From NCBI GenBank assembly GCA_910586385.1, contig CAJUGX010000001.1, forward strand, positions 8,823 to 72,822: a stretch of DNA of 64,000 nt, written 5' to 3'. The position numbers were made by a program, and so were the translations under genes. The notes beneath the pieces are model-generated. The model ran no database searches. It was not told the origin of the DNA and saw nothing but the letters and a program-made list of their open reading frames with translations. This document shows positions 1 to 10,149 of the stretch, one piece after another (the first letter of the stretch is position 1; every line of letters starts with the position of its first letter). This DNA is from an uncultured Christensenella sp. Lineage in GTDB: Bacteria > Bacillota > Clostridia > Christensenellales > UBA1242.

Positions 1-2
1 TG

Positions 3-3000
3 ACAATCTACACAATCTATATCACAACAGATTTTGATAAGGAAAAGAACCAATACGTCGAATTTGAAGATCAAGAGAAAAACAGATTGATTTCCTACTA
101 TGATGAAAACAGAGTGCTCAAATACTACAGCATTGCAGATTTCAATGAAGCAACGAATGCAAATGCAACAAACAACATCTACACAAAGACAAGTTCGGAA
201 CTTCAAAAGTTGAGCTACTTTGGCGATGCTTGGGCTCAGTTCCAACTCATTACATACAGCGCTGCTGGCACTCCAACGACAAAATATCTTATGCTTACCC
301 CTTGGAAGCCAACAAAGGCTCTTGCATTTGTAAATGGAAAAGTTGACGAATTTGAAATCTCAGACCTCATCAACACCTCCGTCAGCATAAGAAACAAAAA
401 CTCACTGTCATTCTACAATCGAACTTTCATAGATGGTGAAAATAAAAACAATTTTGATACTTTCTATTTCAATGTGAGAAATGTGTCCTTGCCAGCAACT
501 CTTACTGACTCTCAAAACAGAGAGTTTATCAGATTCAACCAACCTAGTGACAGTTTGCTCAACTCAACTGCACCTCAAACATTTGTAACATCTTTGAAAA
601 TCACCGCAGATGACAATGAAATTTTCAATGCAACAAACAAACTTGGACTTTCTTCAATTTGGAAATCAAAACAAAATGCAAATGTGTCAATCACAACAGA
701 TGCAATGTATATCACATTTGAAATCAATTCTTCACTTGGGTTTACCCCAAACACAAGAATTGTCTATGAATACACAGACAACTATGGCACAACATTGAAG
801 GAGATTCACCTCTACAAAGAGACTATCATTTCAACAGAGATTTCATCTGAAAATGATTTGTATGCTTACTACAACACAAACGGACAACTCTATTACATAA
901 CAAAAGACGGATTTGAATATTTCTATAACCCAAACAAATATATCGTTTATGTTTATGACTTTGTAGAAGGCAAACAACTTGATTCTTGCAATAATGCAAA
1001 CGTAAGTGCCTCCCCTGATTCAAACGGAATCACAACTCTTACAATCAAGACAAACAAAGAAGGTTCCTACAATGACAGTTTCGCAATCAAAGTTGTTGAC
1101 TTCAACGATCCTACAAACGAAATCAAGACAATCTATGCGACTCTCTATAATGAGTTGCCAAAAGCAAATGCTTCAACTTCATCTTCTGCAGCTGGAGAAA
1201 ACAACAAGCCTGGTGAATTCAAACTCTTGGACGCAAGCAGAAACAACGTAACCAGCACAATCATTGCAGACAAATCTTTGAACGACACCGGATACTTCTC
1301 AGAGATTACACTTCTTTACTCAAACAAAACAACATTCATCCCTATCAAGTACTCAGTGAGCACAGATAAGCAGACTTGGACAGAGGTTTCATCAGGGACA
1401 GTTCTCAAAAATCAAACAGACGAGATGTTGACTTACTACTTGAAAGTTTGGTATGACGAAACATATATTGCAAACGAACTTGCAAATTCAGCATATTTGT
1501 TTGGAATCGTTCCTGAATCACAAATCTTTGAATTCAATCTTTCATCACTCACTTCAACTTTCTGGGTTGAAAAGACGATAGACAATGTAACCTCCGTTGT
1601 TGAAAAGAGCAACACAATCTATCAAGTTAAAGACGCAAACGGGAATGTAACCGACCAACACTCAAATCACTATATCGTAAACATCGATTACTACACGGAT
1701 GGCGGCAAAAACAATGGCGCAGTGCAAATCAAAACAAACAAAGAGCAAAAGATTGAGCCAACTCTCTTGCAAACATATGAGAGCGGCGGAATTGCATCTG
1801 AGCTTTGGATGATTTCAAATGCGACAAGTGGTGACCTCGGAAACATCCCAGCGTTCAGCACAAAAATCGTTATCTCATACATTCCTGCAACAAGAAACTT
1901 TGTGGATGAGTTTTACACTTACAGCAACACAAACGGCATCATCAACAACACAGAAAATTCTGAAAACTTGATTTCAACAACTTCAAAGAAATTTGTTGTA
2001 TCATCTGAATATCAACAACTTGACAAGATAGAGTTGAAATGGACAAAGTATTATGGAATTGAGCAAAACGAAATTTCGATAAGACTTATTAAGGATGGAG
2101 TAAACCTCAACCCAACAATCTTCTCAAAGAAAGAAGATGGAAAAGATTACAACTATATCAACCTTAAAAACTCTGGAAAATACATCATCGCTCTTTACGA
2201 CAAATCCGGAAATGTTCAACAATTCAACAGTGGAAACACTGGACAATCTGACACATTGACATTCATCTTCTTGAAAGATGTTCCATTCACAGTGATTTCA
2301 ACCGATCCAAGCACTGGTGAAGAAGTAAGAAGCATGCCAATCAAGCAAGCGGTTTACAATGGACAAGTCACCCTCAGCATTGACAAGAACACCCGCTCAG
2401 AATTCTATGCAACTGGTGGCTATCCAACGATCACAATCAAAAAGAATGGCTCTGTCCTTTCAAACGACACAATCATTGACAAAGGCATTCAACAAGATGC
2501 AACAGGCAGCGTAAACTACGTATTCAAAGAAACTGGTTTCTATGAAGTTTACTTCACTGCAACAAGCAATGACTCAAACATTGGAAAAATCAGAAGCGAA
2601 GTTTATCAATTCACCGTATTGAATGAAAATGAATATAAATATTCTTACATCATAAACAAATACTCAAACTATTACATTGAAAAAGTTGAAAAGGACGGAA
2701 AAGATATCACTGATACTCTTCTTCGCACCCTTGATGTTGGGACTATCACAATCGGAACAAACTATTACATGACTGAGCTTCCACTCTCTTACCTTGACGA
2801 AAAGACTGGTGCTGGCAAGTATGTGATTACGATAAACTCAAACGACAATAGCTACAAGGCAAGCGCAGTGCCTACAAGTTTCACATTTGCAGTGACAATT
2901 CAAGTCGGTGTTGCACCTATCAAGATTTCGGTGTCTGAAGGCAAAGGTACAACCAAGCAAGTCAGCGTCGAGTTCAACAGAACAAACATCTACGCTGAAA

Positions 3001-3305
3001 TGGGTGAATGTACTGTAAGAATCCTTAAGTACAACAGCAATGGAAGCTTTAGGGAAACTCTCTACACAACAACAATCAACAGCTCTTCAACTGGGACAAC
3101 AACCACTCACATCGCAAAGGACGAAAAAGGTATTTTCTATGTGCAAGTCGTATCCCCTAGCGGAAACTTGTTGTATAGTTATAAAGTTGTCAAGAAAGAA
3201 CCTATGAATGTTGCCACAATCCTCATCATTGTCGCAGCAGTCATTGTTGCTCTTGTGATTATCTTCATAATTATCAAGTTGCGTAAACGTATCTCAGTTA
3301 AATAA
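3..3305 (+). CDS. Large secreted/surface protein, 5'-partial (continues upstream of window), C-terminal TM anchor
   Basis: Frame 3 is open from nt 3, and the track's M at 87 is a TTG inside that open frame. The ~1100 codons are N/T/S/Y-rich with recurring G-x-Y-x-(I/V)...D-x-S-G-N type motifs. It ends in the hydrophobic helix VATILIIVAAVIVALVIIFIII followed by KLRKRISVK. Confidence 0.7.
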   Translation, partial: TIYTIYITTDFDKEKNQYVEFEDQEKNRLISYYDENRVLKYYSIADFNEATNANATNNIYTKTSSELQKLSYFGDAWAQFQLITYSAAGTPTTKYLMLTPWKPTKALAFVNGKVDEFEISDLINTSVSIRNKNSLSFYNRTFIDGENKNNFDTFYFNVRNVSLPATLTDSQNREFIRFNQPSDSLLNSTAPQTFVTSLKITADDNEIFNATNKLGLSSIWKSKQNANVSITTDAMYITFEINSSLGFTPNTRIVYEYTDNYGTTLKEIHLYKETIISTEISSENDLYAYYNTNGQLYYITKDGFEYFYNPNKYIVYVYDFVEGKQLDSCNNANVSASPDSNGITTLTIKTNKEGSYNDSFAIKVVDFNDPTNEIKTIYATLYNELPKANASTSSSAAGENNKPGEFKLLDASRNNVTSTIIADKSLNDTGYFSEITLLYSNKTTFIPIKYSVSTDKQTWTEVSSGTVLKNQTDEMLTYYLKVWYDETYIANELANSAYLFGIVPESQIFEFNLSSLTSTFWVEKTIDNVTSVVEKSNTIYQVKDANGNVTDQHSNHYIVNIDYYTDGGKNNGAVQIKTNKEQKIEPTLLQTYESGGIASELWMISNATSGDLGNIPAFSTKIVISYIPATRNFVDEFYTYSNTNGIINNTENSENLISTTSKKFVVSSEYQQLDKIELKWTKYYGIEQNEISIRLIKDGVNLNPTIFSKKEDGKDYNYINLKNSGKYIIALYDKSGNVQQFNSGNTGQSDTLTFIFLKDVPFTVISTDPSTGEEVRSMPIKQAVYNGQVTLSIDKNTRSEFYATGGYPTITIKKNGSVLSNDTIIDKGIQQDATGSVNYVFKETGFYEVYFTATSNDSNIGKIRSEVYQFTVLNENEYKYSYIINKYSNYYIEKVEKDGKDITDTLLRTLDVGTITIGTNYYMTELPLSYLDEKTGAGKYVITINSNDNSYKASAVPTSFTFAVTIQVGVAPIKISVSEGKGTTKQVSVEFNRTNIYAEMGECTVRILKYNSNGSFRETLYTTTINSSSTGTTTTHIAKDEKGIFYVQVVSPSGNLLYSYKVVKKEPMNVATILIIVAAVIVALVIIFIIIKLRKRISVK

Positions 3306-3340
3306 TCGGCTGTGCAGTTTTGTTACTTAACCAAAATAAA

Positions 3341-3369
3341 ACACATCAAAATGATGTGTTTTATTTTTT
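3341..3369 (+). terminator. Rho-independent terminator of the 5'-partial surface-protein gene
   Basis: ACACATCA (3341-3348) and TGATGTGT (3352-3359) form a perfect 8-bp stem with a 3-nt loop, followed by TTTATTTTTT. Confidence 0.6.
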
Positions 3370-3460
3370 GCCACAATCAATAATTCGCCTTTTCAATCCC
3401 CTCTAAATTGTTGCATTTTGCTTAAACTTTTCCACGGGAACATTCTTCTTTTAATCTCCC

Positions 3461-3482
3461 GAAAAACAGCCTAAATTGGCTG
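3461..3482 (-). terminator. Second (tandem) minus-strand hairpin terminator
   Basis: The minus strand reads CAGCC-AATTTA-GGCTG followed by TTTTTC. It lies about 100 nt downstream of the first terminator of the 1467-aa gene. Confidence 0.35.
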
Positions 3483-3558
3483 AAATTACGCCAAAATACG
3501 CCTTTTTGAGCACAAAGATTTCATTCCCCCAAACTTCTTCAATCTTGCACAAAGACAA

Positions 3559-3589
3559 CAAAAAAAGACCGTTTTCACAGTCTTTTTTT
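3559..3589 (-). terminator. Terminator of the 1467-aa surface-protein gene
   Basis: The minus strand reads AAAAAAAGAC-tgtgaaaacg-GTCTTTTTTT. The stem is A/T-extended with an AGAC/GTCT core and is followed by a T-run. It sits 17 nt after the stop. Confidence 0.45.
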
Positions 3590-3605
3590 ATTCATAATCT
3601 AAAGA

Positions 3606-6600
3606 TTATTTCTTGAGCTCTTTGTCAAGTTTAACCTTTGAAACAATGAAGTATACAATTACACCTGCAAGGACAAGCACTGCAACAACAATCAAAATTG
3701 TACCAACAACTTTGTATGTTTCTGTGCTGTTCTTTGTCTTTGAAGCAACAGTAAATGTGCAATCATCATTTGTTGTCACATGTCCAACAGCATCTTCAAC
3801 TTCGATAATCAATTTGTATGTGCCTTCGCCATATTCTTCGAATGAATCGAAAGTATATCTTGAGTATTCCTTTCCATTTTCCGTATACTTTTCTTCCTTG
3901 TACTTAACTTCTTCATTGTTCTTAGAAGTGTTCACAAGTTTGATGACTGGCTTAGTATCTTTAGGCAATGGATTGTTGTCAGAAATTGTGATATCTTTTG
4001 TGTCAATCACAAGTTTGTCTTTGAGTGTGTATGATGTCTTGACAAACTTTTCTGGCAATTTGATTGTTGGAGCCTCATTGTCACCTACACTGATTGTGTA
4101 AGTTGCAGTTGAACGATTTCCATTGTTGTCATAAACTTCGTATGTGATTGTATATTTTCCGTTGAGGTTTGATGCAGATGATTTGAATACATTGTCTTTC
4201 AAAGCATCAGCTTTTTGGTAAGTTGTAGAGCCAGTGTCACCAGCTGCAGTTCCGTTTGCGCGCTTCCAGCTGAGTCTGATTTCTGATTTGCTTGAATCAA
4301 TTCCACTTGCATCAGCAGCAGTTTGAATACCATAGATTTTGATACCATTTGCTTTGAAGTCTTCAACTGACATAAACTCTTGATCACTATAATCATAGTT
4401 GATGAGTTTTGGACCTTTTGTATCTTTCACAGTGATTCTGAAGATATCAGATTCCAAATTGTAAACTTGGAGATCCTCAAACCATTGTTTGAAGTCAACC
4501 GTCTTAAGAGTGACGTCTTGGATCTCAGCCTTGTCGATTAGTTTATAAGAAGTGTATCCTTCGTTTGAAGAATAATAAGTGATGTTTTTCTTCTCATCTT
4601 GTCTTACTGCATAATAAGCTGTGCTTCCAACTTTGATTCTGTGTTCACCATTTTCACCAAAAGTGATTTGATAACTTGAACCAAGGTCGTTGTTTGTATA
4701 GTAACCGCCATCTGCGTAAATTACTTCATCCTTATCAGCATCGTAATTTGGTTCGCCCATTTCAACATAAGTGAATTTGTTGTGGTTGTATTTTTCAATC
4801 TTCACCAAATACTTGATTTCAAATTGACCAATCTTGCTTGGTTTGAAGATACCATTTGTTGCATCTTGATTGTTTGTTGACCAGTTTGTAGCTTTTCCGT
4901 CAGCATTCAATCCTCTGATTACGAAAGTCTCTGTTGCATTTGTGTCCTTCTTGAACTCATCTTCAGTGATGCTATCGCCAAGTTCGAAGTTTACAGTTGG
5001 TGCAGGGATTTCGATTGTTTGCTTGTCATCAAGTTCAATCTCTTGATCTGTGAGCACTGAGCTGATATCTGGTTCTTGAACAGTTGCTCTTGGAGAAACT
5101 GTATAGTTTGCAAAAACAACGATTGTGTTGTTGTTTGCATCCTTAACAGCGATGCTTGCTTGATATCTTCCGTCTTTTGCGGCAACGAATTCACCAGCAT
5201 TGACAATATATTTTCCAGAAGCGCCACCATCAACTCTGTCAACAGTTGTTTCTCTTACACTGCGAGAATATCTTTCGCCATCTACAATATAATCTACTTT
5301 TACATCGCTTGTCATATATGCAACAGCGTCATCAAAAACTTCAACCTTTGGAAGTGCGATAACAGCGCCCTGTGCATATTTGTTTATGAATGAATCCTCA
5401 ATAGAACTTACCTTATCAATTCTTGGTTGGTATTCATCTTTGATGTTTTTGATGTCAATTGTTTGAGCATGGAGCATTGGATTTCCAGCGTCATCATAAG
5501 TGTAAACAACAAGTTGAAGTTTTGAAGCTCCTTCAACTTCGCTCAAGTCAATTGTGAATGAGCTTGCTTTTGCATCAGTGATATCAACATAACCATCGTT
5601 TGTTGCAGTCTCATGATACTGAGCATATTTTGTTGTAAGAAGAGTGTTGTTGTCATCTCTTACGCCTTCTCCATCTGAATCAGTACCGAGTGCTGTCCAA
5701 AGGTCTGCAAGGTCTTTGTCTGAGATAGGATTGCCTTTCTTGTCAGAAACAGTGATTACCTTTCCGTTTTCATCGAGATAACGATACATAACATTTACTG
5801 TCATGTTTTCATCAATGTTGTCTGAAGCAGTTGGAGCATTGAATGTGATCTTTGTCTCTGGCAAATAAGAATCTTTAAGTGAAGTTGAGAATGTGATATC
5901 TGGACTTTCTCTATCTTCATAATCACGAACATAAAGTCTCTTATAGATGTCAGTTTCATTTCCTGCAGCATCTTTTGCGACGTAATGGATATAGTATTGT
6001 CCTACACCCATTCCTCCAGTGATTGCAGCAGAAGAACCGAATGTTTGGTCGCAATTGATATATGCGAAACCTTTTTCAAGAGCAGCGTCACTCTTAAACC
6101 ATTCAAGAGCAGTTGCTTTGTCAGTAACAGTTGCATCAAAAACATTTGTTTCGTTTTTGAAGTTTTCATAAAGTCTTTCATAGTTTGCATTGTCAACAAC
6201 AATCAAATATTTGTTCTTAACGAGCCATGCAAGAGTTGCTTCTTCAGTGTCAGCAACATTGTCTTTTTCCATTTGAGTTCTAATCAAATAGTTGTATGTC
6301 TTAAGTCCATCTCTTCCATATTTTTTGTCTGTTGCAGAAGCATCAAATCTTCCAGCGTAGTTGAAGATAAGATTGAAATCACTGAGGTCTCTTTCATCTG
6401 TTGAAGAGAGAGTGATTTTTGAAACAGTTTCATCCGTCATAATCTTTCTTGTAAGAACAACGCCTTTGTCTCCTGCTTTTGAAACGTTGTCGTCAATTCC
6501 GATAGCGTAGATAACAACACTTTCTGCGTTGGCTCTTGTAGCCATCTTTGATGAAGCATCAACATTGTCAAGAGAGCCGTCTTCTGTTGCTTGATAAACA

Positions 6601-8009
6601 ACTGGAGTTGGGTCTTTTTTGTCTGTGATGTTTTTGTATTCATAAAGCCCAAGGTCTGTTTTGAAATAGTGTTTTTTGTTTTGTGCACTAGTTGCTGAAG
6701 CATCGTAATAATAGTCATATCCCTCATAAACAAATGAATAATACCCGTCGTCCAAAGGCTTGAATTTTGTTGGGTCAACAAGAGTTCCATCTTCGTTTAC
6801 GATTGGTTCTTCATCTTCACCAACGCTTGCATTATACTTGGCAGCGTCAATTTTTTTGTAAGAACCAGTTGAAGTCTTGTAATAAACAGTGACTGTGTAA
6901 TAAATATCAACTGCTTCGCTTTTTGGAGTTGTTGAAGTTGCTGTCATACCCTTTGCAGTTGGCAAAGTTTTCTCAACACCAGTTTCTCCATTGTCAACGA
7001 AGTCTGAGTTAAGTTCAAGTCTGAGAGCATAGTCTTTGTAATAAGCATCATCTTTTGCATACACTTGAGTTGTCTTTGTTGTAGATGCAATAAATTGACC
7101 TTTTTCATAATAAGAATATGTCACAGTGTACTTTCCTGCACCAAATTGAGCATCAGCAAACACACTTCCTGCAACATAATAAAGTCCAGATTCCTCATCT
7201 TTTGAAACAGTGACTTTTGTTGAGTTTGTGCTTGCACTTACTTCAATCAAAACTTGTTGGTCTTTGACACCGATTTGTGATCTTTGAGTGATAAATTCAA
7301 AATCAGTATTGCTTGCAGAAGTGTCAACTTCGTCACCCTTGTCATCCAAGATTTCTGGCATTGGGATATACATATCTTTGAAACTTCCGTCACTCTTTTC
7401 TGCCTGTTTCAGATCGAGAATGCTTGGCAAGAACACTTTTTCGTTGTCGCCAAAGTTGATATCTGCGTCAGTGATTTCACTTGTCACAACCATGTCATAG
7501 CTGTTTGTGTATTCAACATCTTTTGAAACCCCACCAACAGTTTCTTTGACAGTGTATGTGTAAGAGTATGTCACAGTGTAAGAGCCAACTTTGCTTGCTG
7601 TAAACTGTGCATTTCCACCATCAGTGACAGTGACTGCTCCAGTTGCACTTGCTGTTCCGTCAACAACCTCACCAACAAGTTCAGAACTATACTTTACAGT
7701 TACTTTTGAAGACAAGAGTTTTACATCAGTAGCAAGCTCTTTGTCTGAGATTGCACTTCCAATAGCACGATCTTTGTCACCACCGATATAAGCCTTAGGA
7801 ACAACATAAGTTGCACCCTTGTTTACAACAGTTTCAACCTTTTCTTTCTTTGTTCCGACTGTCATGAAAGTGTAGTCAGTGAAATTGTTCATGGTCTCTG
7901 CAGATGCAGCGATTTGATTCACTGGGAAACAAAGCACGCTAAATGCCATGGCGAGTCCAAGCACCATTCCCCTAAACAAAACTGAGCGATTTTTTCTTTT
8001 CAATTTCAT
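3606..8009 (-). CDS. Large surface protein (1467 aa) with signal peptide, repeated Ig-like/HYR-like modules and C-terminal TM anchor
   Basis: N-terminal signal peptide MKLKRKNRSVLFRGMVLGLAMAFSVLCFPVNQIAASA. At least 8 modules end in G-x-Y-x-(V/I)-x-Y-x-x-x-D-x-x-G-N-like motifs (GSYTVTYSY, GKYTVTYSY, GQYYIHYVAKDAAGNE, GKYTITYEVYDNNGN, GTYKLIIEVEDAVGH). The C-terminus is VVGTILIVVAVLVLAGVIVYFIV + SKVKLDKELKK. Confidence 0.8.
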   Translation of the reverse strand: MKLKRKNRSVLFRGMVLGLAMAFSVLCFPVNQIAASAETMNNFTDYTFMTVGTKKEKVETVVNKGATYVVPKAYIGGDKDRAIGSAISDKELATDVKLLSSKVTVKYSSELVGEVVDGTASATGAVTVTDGGNAQFTASKVGSYTVTYSYTYTVKETVGGVSKDVEYTNSYDMVVTSEITDADINFGDNEKVFLPSILDLKQAEKSDGSFKDMYIPMPEILDDKGDEVDTSASNTDFEFITQRSQIGVKDQQVLIEVSASTNSTKVTVSKDEESGLYYVAGSVFADAQFGAGKYTVTYSYYEKGQFIASTTKTTQVYAKDDAYYKDYALRLELNSDFVDNGETGVEKTLPTAKGMTATSTTPKSEAVDIYYTVTVYYKTSTGSYKKIDAAKYNASVGEDEEPIVNEDGTLVDPTKFKPLDDGYYSFVYEGYDYYYDASATSAQNKKHYFKTDLGLYEYKNITDKKDPTPVVYQATEDGSLDNVDASSKMATRANAESVVIYAIGIDDNVSKAGDKGVVLTRKIMTDETVSKITLSSTDERDLSDFNLIFNYAGRFDASATDKKYGRDGLKTYNYLIRTQMEKDNVADTEEATLAWLVKNKYLIVVDNANYERLYENFKNETNVFDATVTDKATALEWFKSDAALEKGFAYINCDQTFGSSAAITGGMGVGQYYIHYVAKDAAGNETDIYKRLYVRDYEDRESPDITFSTSLKDSYLPETKITFNAPTASDNIDENMTVNVMYRYLDENGKVITVSDKKGNPISDKDLADLWTALGTDSDGEGVRDDNNTLLTTKYAQYHETATNDGYVDITDAKASSFTIDLSEVEGASKLQLVVYTYDDAGNPMLHAQTIDIKNIKDEYQPRIDKVSSIEDSFINKYAQGAVIALPKVEVFDDAVAYMTSDVKVDYIVDGERYSRSVRETTVDRVDGGASGKYIVNAGEFVAAKDGRYQASIAVKDANNNTIVVFANYTVSPRATVQEPDISSVLTDQEIELDDKQTIEIPAPTVNFELGDSITEDEFKKDTNATETFVIRGLNADGKATNWSTNNQDATNGIFKPSKIGQFEIKYLVKIEKYNHNKFTYVEMGEPNYDADKDEVIYADGGYYTNNDLGSSYQITFGENGEHRIKVGSTAYYAVRQDEKKNITYYSSNEGYTSYKLIDKAEIQDVTLKTVDFKQWFEDLQVYNLESDIFRITVKDTKGPKLINYDYSDQEFMSVEDFKANGIKIYGIQTAADASGIDSSKSEIRLSWKRANGTAAGDTGSTTYQKADALKDNVFKSSASNLNGKYTITYEVYDNNGNRSTATYTISVGDNEAPTIKLPEKFVKTSYTLKDKLVIDTKDITISDNNPLPKDTKPVIKLVNTSKNNEEVKYKEEKYTENGKEYSRYTFDSFEEYGEGTYKLIIEVEDAVGHVTTNDDCTFTVASKTKNSTETYKVVGTILIVVAVLVLAGVIVYFIVSKVKLDKELKK

Positions 8010-8046
8010 AAAATAAAATCTCCTTAAATGTCCCTTTTACAGGACA

Positions 8047-8076
8047 AATTTATCTAAATCCAAAAGTGCAAGTCAA
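8047..8076 (-). promoter_or_regulatory. Candidate sigma-A promoter for the 1467-aa gene
   Basis: The minus strand reads TTGACT, an 18-nt spacer, then TAAATT. It lies about 40 nt upstream of the ATG at 8009. Confidence 0.4.
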
Positions 8077-8179
8077 TTGAGTTACACTTTCAAACTTAAA
8101 GGTATTTTGCGAAAACTCTTTTTTCCTATGCGAGAGGAAAAACACTTTTCTTGTCGAAAAAGAGCATTCACGTTAACGA

Positions 8180-8202
8180 CATAAAGCAGGACGACGCCTG
8201 CT
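8180..8202 (-). terminator. Terminator after rplA
   Basis: The minus strand reads AGCAGG-CGTCGT-CCTGCT followed by TTTATGTCGTT. It starts 14 nt after the rplA stop. Confidence 0.45.
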
Positions 8203-8215
8203 CCAAATCTTATGA

Positions 8216-8899
8216 TTAAACGTTGTAAGAAACCTTAACGCCAGGGCCCATTGTAGAAGCCAAAGTTACGCTTCTGATATATTGACCTTTTGCAGCAGCT
8301 GGTTTTGCCTTAACGATTGCGTCCATAACAGTGTTGAAGTTTTCAGCAAGTTTTTCTTGCCCGAAACTCTTTTTTCCAATGATAACATGAACATTGTTTG
8401 TCTTGTCCAATCTATATTCAACTTTTCCGGCTTTAACGTCCTTAATAGCCTTTGCAACGTCTGTAGTAACAGTTCCGCTCTTTGGGTTTGGCATCAAGCC
8501 TTTTGGTCCGAGGATCTTTGCGATTCTACCAACAACACCCATCATATCTGGAGTTGTGATAGCAACGTCGAAATCCAACCATCCACCATTGATTTTTGCA
8601 ACGATTTCTTCAGCACCAACAAAGTCAGCACCAGCTTTTGTTGCTTCATCAGCCTTGTCGCCACGAGCAATAACCAAAACTTTTACAGACTTACCTGTTC
8701 CGTTTGGAAGGACAACAACGCCACGAACTTGTTGATCAGCATTTCTTCCGTCAACACCAAGTTTAATATGCAATTCAATTGTTTCGTCGAACTTTGCTGT
8801 TGATGTTGCAATTACATTTTCAAGTGCCTTTTTGATGTCATAAGAAGCAGACTTATCAAAGCTTTCTAGACTCTTTGTATATCTTTTACCTTTATTCAT
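8216..8899 (-). CDS. rplA: 50S ribosomal protein L1
   Basis: 227 aa. The full-length L1 pattern is present ([40 protein letters not shown]), and the gene follows rplK. Confidence 0.97.
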   Translation of the reverse strand: MNKGKRYTKSLESFDKSASYDIKKALENVIATSTAKFDETIELHIKLGVDGRNADQQVRGVVVLPNGTGKSVKVLVIARGDKADEATKAGADFVGAEEIVAKINGGWLDFDVAITTPDMMGVVGRIAKILGPKGLMPNPKSGTVTTDVAKAIKDVKAGKVEYRLDKTNNVHVIIGKKSFGQEKLAENFNTVMDAIVKAKPAAAKGQYIRSVTLASTMGPGVKVSYNV

Positions 8900-8910
8900 A
8901 GCGCAGCCTC

Positions 8911-9336
8911 CTAGTCAACAACATCCACGCCCATGCTTCTTGCTGCACCAGCAATCATAGACATAGCACTTTCGATTGAAGAAGCGTTAAGATCAGGCAT
9001 CTTTGTCTCTGCAATCTTTCTGATTTGTTCTTTTGTAATTTTTCCGACTTTTTGTGAATTTGGTTTTGCAGATCCTTTGTCAAGACCAATAGCCTTTTTG
9101 ATAAGGACTGCTGCAGGTGGAGTCTTCATCTCGAATGTGAAACTTCTATCTTCATAGATAGTGATTACAACAGGGATGATGAATCCTGCTTGTGATGCTG
9201 TTTTTTCATTGAATTCTTTAACAAAACCTGCAATGTTGATTCCATGAGGTCCAAGTGAAGAACCTACTGGAGGGCCTGCAGTGGCTTTGCCAGCATCAAG
9301 TTGCAATTTTACAACTGCTTTTACTTTTTTTGCCAT
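8911..9336 (-). CDS. rplK: 50S ribosomal protein L11
   Basis: 141 aa with [35 protein letters not shown]. It sits in the canonical nusG-rplK-rplA order. Confidence 0.97.
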   Translation of the reverse strand: MAKKVKAVVKLQLDAGKATAGPPVGSSLGPHGINIAGFVKEFNEKTASQAGFIIPVVITIYEDRSFTFEMKTPPAAVLIKKAIGLDKGSAKPNSQKVGKITKEQIRKIAETKMPDLNASSIESAMSMIAGAARSMGVDVVD

Positions 9337-9527
9337 TTTTTCTTCCTCCTAATGTGGTGGTATTGAACTTTGGCGAGTTCTCCCACAAAACTAGCAGTTT
9401 AATGTCGTGCTGAGGACAAATATTTTCATAGATTTTTGAGAAAAACCTAATAAAAACCGCATTTCCACCACTTTTTCTCGTGAAATTCAGCATTTTCGCC
9501 TCATTCACACAAAAAGTGACGCGTCAC

Positions 9528-10058
9528 TTATTTGTTGATTTTGCGTACTTGACCAAACTCAAGTTCGACATTGTTTTCTCTTCCAAACATCTCAACAGTA
9601 ACTTTGATTTTTTGTGTTTCTGTGTCAACAGCAACGACTGTGCCAATCATCTTGTCAAGAGCACCTTCAACAATTTCAACTTGGTCACCAACTTCGATAT
9701 CAGTCTCAACCTTGATTTTCTCAAGTCTGTTTTTGATGACTTCATCTTCAGTAAGTGCCAATGGTCTTCCCTTAGGACCAACAAAACCTGTGATACCACG
9801 AGTTCTTGTTACGTTGTGCCAAAGGTCATCACCATAAATCATTTTCACAAACAAATAGCAAGGCATACTCTTTCTTGTCACCAATTTCTTCTTGCCATTC
9901 TTTTCTTCAATCACATCTTCTTCTGGAATGATGATGTCAAAGATTCTGTCTTGCAAATTAAACTTTTCAACAACAGTTTCAAGATTTTCCTTCGCAACAT
10001 TTTCATATCCTGAGAATGTGTGAAGTACATACCATTTTGGTTCTGTTGAATGTTCCAT
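9528..10058 (-). CDS. nusG: Transcription termination/antitermination factor NusG
   Basis: 176 aa with an NGN start (KWYVLHTFSGYE) and a KOW motif (GDQVEIVEGALDKMIGTVVAVD). It lies downstream of secE. Confidence 0.95.
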   Translation of the reverse strand: MEHSTEPKWYVLHTFSGYENVAKENLETVVEKFNLQDRIFDIIIPEEDVIEEKNGKKKLVTRKSMPCYLFVKMIYGDDLWHNVTRTRGITGFVGPKGRPLALTEDEVIKNRLEKIKVETDIEVGDQVEIVEGALDKMIGTVVAVDTETQKIKVTVEMFGRENNVELEFGQVRKINK

Positions 10059-10149
10059 ACTTTTTCTACCCCTTAAACTTTCGATTTTTTCATAATATGT
10101 CTAAATCAGACTGCCAAAAGAGAAACAAGTCTCTTTGAAGAATGTCCTC

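Noticed and set aside
3461-3589. Possible ~100-nt small RNA between the two tandem minus-strand terminators downstream of the 1467-aa gene.
   Set aside because: I found no promoter-like -35/-10 pair in the interval. Tandem terminators in a convergent intergenic region are a simpler explanation.
9516-9527. Perfect 12-nt palindrome GTGACGCGTCAC directly after the nusG stop, followed by TTTTTG on the minus strand. I considered it as a terminator or attenuator before rplK.
   Set aside because: A palindrome without a loop gives at most a 4-bp stem. The 190-nt nusG-rplK spacer may hold an rplK-rplA leader (GTGGTGG at ~9452 is complementary to CCACCAC at ~9353), but I cannot match it to a known L1-binding leader by eye.
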